A DNA stretch of 64,000 bases. Source: an uncultured Gemmatimonadales bacterium. GTDB taxonomy: Bacteria > Gemmatimonadota > Gemmatimonadetes > Gemmatimonadales > GWC2-71-9. Both the position numbers and the translations under genes were made by a program. Positions within the stretch are counted from its first letter, which is position 1. Each line of letters begins with the position of its first letter. The notes beneath the pieces are model-generated. The model saw only the letters and a program-made list of their open reading frames with translations, searched no databases and was not told the origin of the DNA. The stretch spans positions 160,001 to 224,000 of the forward strand of contig CAVZZO010000001.1 in assembly GCA_963779755.1 (NCBI GenBank), written 5' to 3'. Shown one piece after another: positions 56,588 to 64,000 of this stretch.

Positions 56588-57682
56588 CTAGGGCTGAGAA
56601 CCGGCCGCTTCCTCGCTCCGCTGCACGGGCCGGCGATCGACCGGTTTCGCATTGACCGGCATGCCGTCCTGCAGCCGCTCCAGTCCCCCGGTAACCACCT
56701 GCTCCCCGCCATCCAGCCCGCTCCGGATCTCGACGAAGCCCGGGGTCCGGACACCGAGCCCCACCTGCCGCCGTACCGCTTTGCCCGAGTCCACCACCCA
56801 GACGAAGTTCGCGCCCCGAACCGGGAGAATCGCCTCCTCCGGCACCACGACGGCATCGGGACGCACGTCCGTCGCGAGGCGCGCTTCGATGAACATGCCC
56901 GCCTGCAGGCTCCGTCCCGGATTCGGCACCACCGCTTTCACCAGAATGGTCCGGGCGGGCAGCTGGACTACCGGGTCGACGAAGTCCACCCGCCCGGTGA
57001 ACTCCCGCGCCGGCAGGGCGGCGACCGTGAACCGCACCGTTTGTCCCACCTTCAGCTGTCCGGCATAGCGCTCGGGCACCCGCAGGACGGCTCGTTGGGG
57101 ATTCACCGTCTGCAGCATGATGAGCGGCGTGCTCGACGTGACGTAATCGCCCAGGCTGGCGAAGCGCTGCCCGGCGATCCCGGCAAAGGGGGCGCGCACC
57201 ACGGTCCGGGAGAGCCGCACCTGGGTCAGCTCCAGCTGGGCGCGGGCGCTGCGGGCGGCGGCTTGCGCCTGCTCCAGATCGGCCTGGGAGGCGGCCTTCT
57301 GCTCCAGCAGCGACCGGGTGCGGGTCAGAGCCTGTTCGGCCAGGTCGCGCTCGGCTTCGAGCCGCGCCACCTGGGCCTTCAGCTCGGCATCATCCACCTT
57401 GAAGAGCGCATCGCCCCTGGCCACCATCTGCCCTTCGCGCGCGTAGATCTCCACGAGGCGGCCGTCGATATCAGGGCGCAGCTCGGTGGACTGGAACGGC
57501 TCGATCTGGCCGGTGGCGCCGATGGCATCGACCACCGTGTCGCGGAAGGCCGCCGAAACCTCGACCGGCATGGCGAACCCGCCGCCCTCGCCGGCCGCGG
57601 GGGCGGCATCGCCCTTGCCGCAGCCGGCGAGAGCAGCCAGCAGGAGCAGCGGGGCGGCGGGGCGGCGGATCATGGCATTCAT
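56588..57682 (-). CDS. RND efflux membrane-fusion (periplasmic adaptor) lipoprotein
   Basis: Lipobox LAGC, G.L..I...EG..V..G, APF.G and GMF motifs. Confidence 0.95.
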   Translation of the reverse strand: MNAMIRRPAAPLLLLAALAGCGKGDAAPAAGEGGGFAMPVEVSAAFRDTVVDAIGATGQIEPFQSTELRPDIDGRLVEIYAREGQMVARGDALFKVDDAELKAQVARLEAERDLAEQALTRTRSLLEQKAASQADLEQAQAAARSARAQLELTQVRLSRTVVRAPFAGIAGQRFASLGDYVTSSTPLIMLQTVNPQRAVLRVPERYAGQLKVGQTVRFTVAALPAREFTGRVDFVDPVVQLPARTILVKAVVPNPGRSLQAGMFIEARLATDVRPDAVVVPEEAILPVRGANFVWVVDSGKAVRRQVGLGVRTPGFVEIRSGLDGGEQVVTGGLERLQDGMPVNAKPVDRRPVQRSEEAAGSQP

Positions 57683-57731
57683 CGGTAACCGCTCGTGCAT
57701 AAGGTGAAGCCTCGTCGTCGTTCTCATCCTG

Positions 57732-59012
57732 TTACGGCGCGGGCGGCGCCGCAAACAGCCGCCGGCCCACGATTGCCTCGAGGCCGGCCAGCGCCAGCCG
57801 GGCGCTGAACCGCCCCTGCACCAGATCCGTTTCCGCCTGAGTGAGGCTGAACTGGGCGTTGAGCAGGTCCAGAATCGTGCTGGCCCCCGCCCGATAGCGC
57901 GCATCCTGGACCCGGTAGTTCTCCCGGGCTACGGTAATCGAGGCTTCGGAGGCCCGGATCGCCTCCCGGGCGTTGCTGTAGGCCAGATACGCCTGGGTCA
58001 CATCGACCCGGGCCGCCCGCTCCAGGTCGCCCCGGATGGCGCGGGCGACGTCGCGGTTGACCCGGGCCTGGCTCACCGCCAGCTCCCGCTGGGCATTGTT
58101 CCAGATGGGGATGGTAACGTTCAGCGCCACCGACGACACCACTCGGGCGTTGGGGAAGAACTGGGTGTCGAAGCGGGAGTGGCTGCCGGTCAGCGTCACC
58201 GTGGGCAGATAGTCGCCGTAGCGCCCCCGCAGTGTCGCCTGCGCCGCCCGCTCATTGGCCCGCGCCGCCCGGTACTGGGGCCCCTGATCCAACGCCTCCC
58301 TTACCGCGGCCCCGAGACCCAGGGGCAGCTCGGGCGCGGCGACGGCGGCCAGGGGGACGGCATCCACCGGACCGGCAGCGCCCACCCGGCGCCCCAGTTC
58401 CAGCCGGGAGACATCCAGCGCCGCCCGCTGCCGCAGCAGCTGGAGGTCGGCTTGGGTCAGCTCCAGCTGCAGCTGGAGCGAGTCGCTCTGCACCGCCGCG
58501 CCCGAGGTCACCCGGGCGCGGGCCACCGTCAGCGCTTCCCGGGCGCGTTGCACCCGCTCTTCCGCCAGCCGCACCAGCTCCTGATCGGCCAGCACGGCGT
58601 AGAAATCGGATTCCGTGAGCAGCGCCGCGGCGTAGCGGGCCTGCACCTCGGTCGCCTGGGCGCTTTCCAGCTCGGCGCCGGTGCGCGACAGATCGGTGAA
58701 CTTTCGCAGGCTGAAGAGCTCGTACCGCGCGTCGGCCCGGCCGATCACCGAGGTCTTCTGCAGCTGCCCGGTGCCGATGTTGAAGAAGGCCTCGGAGTAG
58801 CGGGTCACGTCCAGACTCACGCTGAGCGACGGCGCCACGAAGGCGAGGATGGATGCGCGGCGGCCCCACTCGGCGCTGGCCACCTGGCCCAGGGCGCGCA
58901 CATAATCGGGGTTGAGCCGGGATGCCTGCTGCAGGGCCTCCGGCAGGGTGACCGCGGGCAGACTGTCGGGCGGCGCCGCCAATTGCAGCGCCGCCAGCAG
59001 CGCGAGCATCAT
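57732..59012 (-). CDS. TolC-family outer-membrane channel
   Basis: Duplicated OEP repeats; RY.AG..T.LDLL.A. Confidence 0.93.
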   Translation of the reverse strand: MMLALLAALQLAAPPDSLPAVTLPEALQQASRLNPDYVRALGQVASAEWGRRASILAFVAPSLSVSLDVTRYSEAFFNIGTGQLQKTSVIGRADARYELFSLRKFTDLSRTGAELESAQATEVQARYAAALLTESDFYAVLADQELVRLAEERVQRAREALTVARARVTSGAAVQSDSLQLQLELTQADLQLLRQRAALDVSRLELGRRVGAAGPVDAVPLAAVAAPELPLGLGAAVREALDQGPQYRAARANERAAQATLRGRYGDYLPTVTLTGSHSRFDTQFFPNARVVSSVALNVTIPIWNNAQRELAVSQARVNRDVARAIRGDLERAARVDVTQAYLAYSNAREAIRASEASITVARENYRVQDARYRAGASTILDLLNAQFSLTQAETDLVQGRFSARLALAGLEAIVGRRLFAAPPAP

Positions 59013-62000
59013 GGCGCCTCCGCCGGCCGGCGTTCGGCGGCGGGAGCCCGGCGCCGGGTCCGCTCCAGGGCAAGCTCGAAGAGCACCCAGACCACCGGCA
59101 CCAGGAACAGCGTCAGCGCCGTGGAGAAGAACACGCCGCCTACGATTCCGTAGCCCAGCGGCCGCCTGCTGGTGGAGCCGGCGCCCAGCCCCAGGGCGAT
59201 AGGCAGCCCGCCCATGATGGTCGCAAAGGAGGTCATCAGGATGGGACGGAGGCGGATGCGGCCCGACTCGCGCATGGCGGCCAGCGTGTCCAGGCCTCGG
59301 GCCTTGAGCTGGTTGGCGTATTCCACCAGCAGAATGGAGTTCTTGGTGACGATGCCGATCAGCAGGATCATGCCGATCTGGCTGTAGAGGTTCAGCGTGC
59401 TGCCCGTCAGCTTGAGCGTCAGCAGCGCTCCGGTGACGGCGAGCGGCACGGCCAGCAGCACGGTGAACGGGTGGATCAGCGACTCGAACTGCGAGGCCAG
59501 CACCATGAACACCACCACCAGCGCCAGCACGAAGGCGAAGTAGAGCGAGGAGCCGCTTTCTTCCAGCTCGCGTGACTCGCCCGCCAGCGCCGTGCTACTT
59601 CCGGTGGGCAGAACCTCCTGGGCGATGGCATGCAGCGAATCCAGCGCCACTCCCAGAGGGAAGCCCGGGGCCAGGCTGGCGGTGAGCGTGAAGGAGCGCA
59701 CCCGGTTGAAGTGGTTGAGCGACTGGGGAGCGACGCCCTCTTCGAGCCGGGTGACGGCGCTGAGCTGGACCAGCTCGCCCCCGCGGCCACGGACGTAGAG
59801 GCCGGAGACGTCGGAGGGCGTCAGCCGCTCTTCCGGGTTCAGCTGCACGATCACGTCGTAGAGCTTGTTGTTACGGGTGAACGTGCTGGTGCGCCGGCCG
59901 CCCAGCATGGTCTGCAGGGTCGCGGCCACGTCGCCGACCGGCACGCCCAGATCTTCGGCCCGGTCGCGGTCGAAGCTCACGGTAAGTTGCGGCTTGTTGA
60001 TGCGGAGATCGGTGTCCACGTTGAGCAGTCCCGGGATGGCACGGGCCCGCGCCGTCATGGTGTCCATGGCGGACGCCAGGCGGTCAAAATCGGGCTGCTG
60101 CACCACGAACTGTACCGGGCTGCCGAAGCCGAAGGCCGGAGGGTTCTGGGCAAAGGCCAGCACCCCGGGCACCGCAAAGAACTTCGGCTGAATCTCGCTC
60201 AGCACTTCCTGGACGCTCCGGTTCCGGTCGTGCCAGTCCTTGAGCCGGGTGAAGAGCATACCCCGGTTCACCCGGCCGCCGAAGCCGACCGCGCTGAAAT
60301 AGCTGACGACCTCGGGCGTGTGAGCCAGCACTTCCTCGATCTGCTTCTGGTACTGGTCGGTATACGCCACCGTGGAGCCCTCGGGCGCCAGCACGATGGT
60401 GAAGAACCAGCCGCGGTCTTCCGGCGGCACGAATTCGCGCTTGAGCGAGGTGAAGACCAGCACCGCCAGCGCCAGGGTGCCCGCGGCCCCCAGCAGCACG
60501 GTGCCGCGGTGCCGCATCGCCCAGTCGAGGCTGCGGGCGTAGAGGTCCGAGAGCCGGTTGAAGCCGCGCTCCAGCGCCTTGAAGACCGGCCCGTGTTCCT
60601 TCGGCACCCGCAGGACCTGGGCGCACAGCATGGGCGTCAGCGTGAGCGCCACGAAGCCGGAGAGCACCACCGCGCCCGCCAGCGCAAGCCCGAACTCGCT
60701 GAAGAGCCGCCCGGTGGTGCCGCGGAGAAAGGCCAGCGGCGTGAACACCGCCGCCAGGGAGATGGTCGTGGCGATGACCGCGAAGGCGATCTCGCGCGTC
60801 CCGTTGGTGGCGGCGTCCACCGGGGTTTCGCCCAGCTCCTCCTGGTGGCGGTAGGCATTTTCCAGCACGATGATGGCGTCGTCCACCACGATGCCGATGG
60901 CCAGCGTGAGCGCCAGCAGCGTCAGATTGTTGATGGAAAAGCCGAACGCATACATCAACGCGAAGGTGGCGACGATGCTGGCGGGAATGGCGAGGCCGGG
61001 AATGATGGTGGCCCGGAGGTTCCGCAGAAAGAGGAAGATGATCACCACCACCAGAGCGGCGGCGATCAGCAGGGTCTCCTCGGCCTCCTGGATCGAACGT
61101 CGCACGAAGATCGACTGGTCGAAGGCCACATCGATGGACACACCCGGCGGCAGCTGCTGGCGGATGGCGGGCAGCTCCCGGTAGATGGCATCCGCGACCT
61201 GGATCAGGTTGGCCTTACTCTGCCGGATCACCCCGACCGCCACCGCCGGCGTCTGGTTGTACCGGATGGCGCTGCGCTCGTCCTCCGGGCCCAGCTCGAC
61301 GCGGCCCACGTCCCGGAGCCGCACCAGCTGCCCGTTGCGGCTGTCCACCACCAGGTTGCCGAACTCCTGCGGGGTCTTGAGCTCGCCCAGCGACCGCACC
61401 GTGAACTCACGCTGCACCGACTCGATCCGCCCGCTGGGAATCTCCACGTTGCGCGAGCGGATGGCGCTCTCCACGTCCTGCACCGTCAGGTTCCGCGCCG
61501 CCAGTTCCGGCGCCGACAGCCAGACCCGCATGGAGTAGCGGCGCTCCCCGAACACCTGCGCGCGCCCCACGCCGGGGAGCGTCTGCAGGCGGGTCTTCAC
61601 GATCCGGTCGCCGATATCGGAGAGCTGGAGCAGATCGTAGCTGGTGCCCGAGAGCGCCAGCCAGAAGAAGGGGTTGGCATCCGCCTCCTGCTTGGCCACG
61701 ACCGGCTCCAGCACCTCTTCCGGCAGGCGTCCGCGCACCCGGGCGACCTTGTCGCGCACATCCTGCGCGGCCGCTTCGACGTCCCGGTCGAGATTGAATT
61801 CCAGGGTGATATTGCTGAACTGCTCCGCACTCGAACTGGTAAGCGTGCGTACCCCCGCGATGGTACTGAGCTCTTCCTCCAGGATGTCGGTGACGGCCGA
61901 TTCCACCACCTGGGGGTTTGCCCCCGGCAGGGTGGTGGACACCGAGATCACCGGCGGGTCGATATCGGGGAACTCGCGCACCGACAGGCGGGTGTAGCCC

Positions 62001-62080
62001 AGCACCCCGAACAGCACCAGGGCGACGCTGATCATACTGGCGAGGACCGGCCGCCGGATTGCGGTATCGGACAGCTTCAT
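59009..62080 (-). CDS. RND efflux permease (AcrB/AcrD/AcrF family)
   Basis: I.RPV, GIVVDDAIIVLEN, KNSILLVE and RLRPILMT motifs. Confidence 0.97.
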   Translation of the reverse strand: MKLSDTAIRRPVLASMISVALVLFGVLGYTRLSVREFPDIDPPVISVSTTLPGANPQVVESAVTDILEEELSTIAGVRTLTSSSAEQFSNITLEFNLDRDVEAAAQDVRDKVARVRGRLPEEVLEPVVAKQEADANPFFWLALSGTSYDLLQLSDIGDRIVKTRLQTLPGVGRAQVFGERRYSMRVWLSAPELAARNLTVQDVESAIRSRNVEIPSGRIESVQREFTVRSLGELKTPQEFGNLVVDSRNGQLVRLRDVGRVELGPEDERSAIRYNQTPAVAVGVIRQSKANLIQVADAIYRELPAIRQQLPPGVSIDVAFDQSIFVRRSIQEAEETLLIAAALVVVIIFLFLRNLRATIIPGLAIPASIVATFALMYAFGFSINNLTLLALTLAIGIVVDDAIIVLENAYRHQEELGETPVDAATNGTREIAFAVIATTISLAAVFTPLAFLRGTTGRLFSEFGLALAGAVVLSGFVALTLTPMLCAQVLRVPKEHGPVFKALERGFNRLSDLYARSLDWAMRHRGTVLLGAAGTLALAVLVFTSLKREFVPPEDRGWFFTIVLAPEGSTVAYTDQYQKQIEEVLAHTPEVVSYFSAVGFGGRVNRGMLFTRLKDWHDRNRSVQEVLSEIQPKFFAVPGVLAFAQNPPAFGFGSPVQFVVQQPDFDRLASAMDTMTARARAIPGLLNVDTDLRINKPQLTVSFDRDRAEDLGVPVGDVAATLQTMLGGRRTSTFTRNNKLYDVIVQLNPEERLTPSDVSGLYVRGRGGELVQLSAVTRLEEGVAPQSLNHFNRVRSFTLTASLAPGFPLGVALDSLHAIAQEVLPTGSSTALAGESRELEESGSSLYFAFVLALVVVFMVLASQFESLIHPFTVLLAVPLAVTGALLTLKLTGSTLNLYSQIGMILLIGIVTKNSILLVEYANQLKARGLDTLAAMRESGRIRLRPILMTSFATIMGGLPIALGLGAGSTSRRPLGYGIVGGVFFSTALTLFLVPVVWVLFELALERTRRRAPAAERRPAEAP

Positions 62081-62244
62081 GTCTGTGTGCGGCTGGAGGA
62101 TAGGGAACGGCCGTGCCAGAGCCTACGACCACCAGGGGGCGCAGGTTTCCGCCACGGCGAGCCCGTATGATACCGGGATGCGCCCCGGGAGCAAGGCAGC
62201 CGCCGGCTATGGCTGCGGGGGAGTCCGGCGCTTAGCTTGAGCGC

Positions 62245-62601
62245 ATGGGACTCAAGCTCAACAACCGGCAGCAGGTGCAGCTGGGATTTCTCGACGCGCA
62301 GGAGCCGAAGCTCCAGCGAGTCTATGCCCTGATCGAAAAACTGGGCACACCCTCCGAGGCCGAATCGGCCGCCCGGGCCGCCGCCCGGTCGTTCGACGAC
62401 ATCAAGGCCAACGCCACCGTGTCAGGGCTGCCCAAGCTGGCCGATGCCGCCGCCAGCATGGCCATGACCGCGCGGCGGGGGGTCAGCCCCCAGATCAAGC
62501 AACGGGCATTGCGGGAAGGATTCGTGATGCTGAAGCATCACTTCGAGGCGGCCCGGAAGGCCGCGACGACCCCGGAACCGGGGCCGGCGCCGGAGAGCTA
62601 G
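62245..62601 (+). CDS. Hpt-like four-helix protein lacking the phospho-acceptor His
   Basis: RSFDDIKANATVSGLPKLADAA aligns with the Hpt pattern R..H.LKG.A...G...L...A. Confidence 0.6.
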   Translation: MGLKLNNRQQVQLGFLDAQEPKLQRVYALIEKLGTPSEAESAARAAARSFDDIKANATVSGLPKLADAAASMAMTARRGVSPQIKQRALREGFVMLKHHFEAARKAATTPEPGPAPES

Positions 62602-62771
62602 GCGGTGGTGCGGGAGCGGCGGGCCAGCAGCGCGTCGATGGCGGTGCCCGAGATCAGAACGATCATCCCGTTGACCAGGGCGCCGATGAGCAGCGAAACG
62701 GTCAGCAGCGCACCCAGAATCAGGGCGACGCCAATGCCCGCGAAGATCCCACCCAGTACGTAGAGCAGCAC
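62598..62771 (-). CDS. Small two-TM membrane protein (57 aa, absent from the ORF track)
   Basis: GGAGAGG before GTG; VLLYVLGGIFAGIGVALILGALL...DALLARRSRTTA. Confidence 0.6.
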   Translation of the reverse strand: MLLYVLGGIFAGIGVALILGALLTVSLLIGALVNGMIVLISGTAIDALLARRSRTTA

Positions 62772-62847
62772 ACGCCTCTCCCGGAAAAAATTCGATCCGC
62801 CGGTAGCTTAGCCCGCCCCGGGACGCGCCGCAAGGCGGAGCCGCCCG

Positions 62848-64000
62848 TCAGCCCTTGCGGCGCAGTGCCTCGATGGCCGCCGCCTTCACCACCCCGTCGG
62901 AGCGGCGCACCAGCGTGTCCAGCATGCGGCGGGCCGCCCGCGTTTCCGAGCCCGCCAGCGCCTCGACGATCGCCAGGCGGTCGGCCAGCGACCGGCGCCC
63001 GCGCAGCAGCACCGGGCGCTGCAGTACCAGCCCCAGCAGGACGCGGCCCGACTCATCGGAATCGACCTGCGCCAGCCCCTGGACCAGCGCGCGCCACACC
63101 CGGGGGTCGGATTCTTCATCCAGCGCTGCCGCCAGGGGCATCACCAGAGAGCCACTGTTGTACGCGGCCAGCGCCGCCGCCGCCGCGATCCGCACCTCGG
63201 GCGACGCCGACCGCAGCGCGCGGCGCAGCGGATCGACCCCTTCGGGCGCACCGAGCCGGCCCAGGGCCTCGACCGCCGCCAGCACCACCCGTTCCTCGGG
63301 ATGCGTGACGCAGACCCGGAGCGGGCCCACGCCTTCCGCCAGCCCCAGCCGGCCAAGCAGCTCGGCGCCATGCCGCGCTTCGTGCCAGAAGGCGCTGGTG
63401 GTCAGATGCGCCAGCAGTGGGAAGGCCTCGGGGATGCGCGCCAGCGCATCGTGGAGGAACCGGCGTATCCCCACGCTTTCCGATTGCCGGACATACTCCA
63501 CCATTCGCTCCGCCGCCGGGGCGCCCAGCCACTGCAGCACCTCGGCCGCCCGGTACTGCTCCTCGGTGACGCGCAACGCGTGCTCGATACACCCGTCCAC
63601 GACCGGCGGCGGAAATTCCCGCCGCACCGTGATGCCGAAGGAGCGCCGGTCGGCGTCGGGAATGCGCGGCGCCATCCGGACCAGCGCCTGCCCGGCCTGC
63701 AGCACCGCGCCCCAGTCGCCGGCCGCCGCCGCCTGCTGCAGCGCCGTTACCAGCGTCGTCAGATCGCGATCCAGACCCTGCGGCAGCCGCGCCGGCCGGG
63801 GTTCGGCCGGATCGCGCAGCAGCAGAAGATAGGAAGGGGGCTGGGTGCCCTCCGACGGCCGGACGGCACCAGTGTCCGGCCGGGCGTTGCGGATTGGAGT
63901 AGGCACCAGCGTCAGCCGGATATCGTCCGAGGCCGGGAAGTCACCCCCATCCGCCGCCAGCGACCGGGCCAGCGCCAGAAGGTCCGCCGCGGCCGCACCG
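62848..64000 (-). CDS. HEAT-repeat protein (5'-partial, continues beyond the window)
   Basis: ERV..AAVEALG.LG and EVR.AAA.AL repeats. Confidence 0.85.
   Translation of the reverse strand, partial: GAAAADLLALARSLAADGGDFPASDDIRLTLVPTPIRNARPDTGAVRPSEGTQPPSYLLLLRDPAEPRPARLPQGLDRDLTTLVTALQQAAAAGDWGAVLQAGQALVRMAPRIPDADRRSFGITVRREFPPPVVDGCIEHALRVTEEQYRAAEVLQWLGAPAAERMVEYVRQSESVGIRRFLHDALARIPEAFPLLAHLTTSAFWHEARHGAELLGRLGLAEGVGPLRVCVTHPEERVVLAAVEALGRLGAPEGVDPLRRALRSASPEVRIAAAAALAAYNSGSLVMPLAAALDEESDPRVWRALVQGLAQVDSDESGRVLLGLVLQRPVLLRGRRSLADRLAIVEALAGSETRAARRMLDTLVRRSDGVVKAAAIEALRRKG

Noticed and set aside
62103..62118. Sigma54 promoter for the RND operon (reverse complement TGGCACGGCCGTTCCC)
   Set aside because: The -24 element is perfect but the invariant -12 GC is missing, and the site is very close to the start codon.

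Overview
High-GC chromosomal segment. Gene content (BTAD-TolB-like-TPR regulator, small lipopeptide, MqnD-family enzyme, short intergenic tandem repeats) suggests Gemmatimonadota; this is inference only. It holds about 55 CDS plus tRNA-Cys. Contents include transport (DAACS symporter, MFS, RND pump), housekeeping genes (gluQ, glnA, lepB, bcp, ogt, lemA-htpX) and abundant signalling (GGDEF-EAL, HD-GYP, single receivers, MCP with two LivK-type lipoproteins). There is also a HEAT-repeat/processive GT2 operon, a Phd-VapC toxin-antitoxin pair and an indel-rich zone at about 6.7-10.5 kb. No integrase, transposase or CRISPR array was seen. The strongest novelty candidates are: (1) an unannotated ~400-nt multi-stem RNA with its own promoter and terminator, behind DnaA-box-like motifs (41.45-42.03 kb); (2) a 46-aa lipopeptide with a Cys-Cys loop, tail-to-tail with a TPR protein and divergent from an AraC regulator, resembling a peptide-signalling module (36.9-39.3 kb); (3) a SARP-like regulator with 11-bp-periodic heptamers next to a lipoprotein and MauG-like di-heme enzyme pair.
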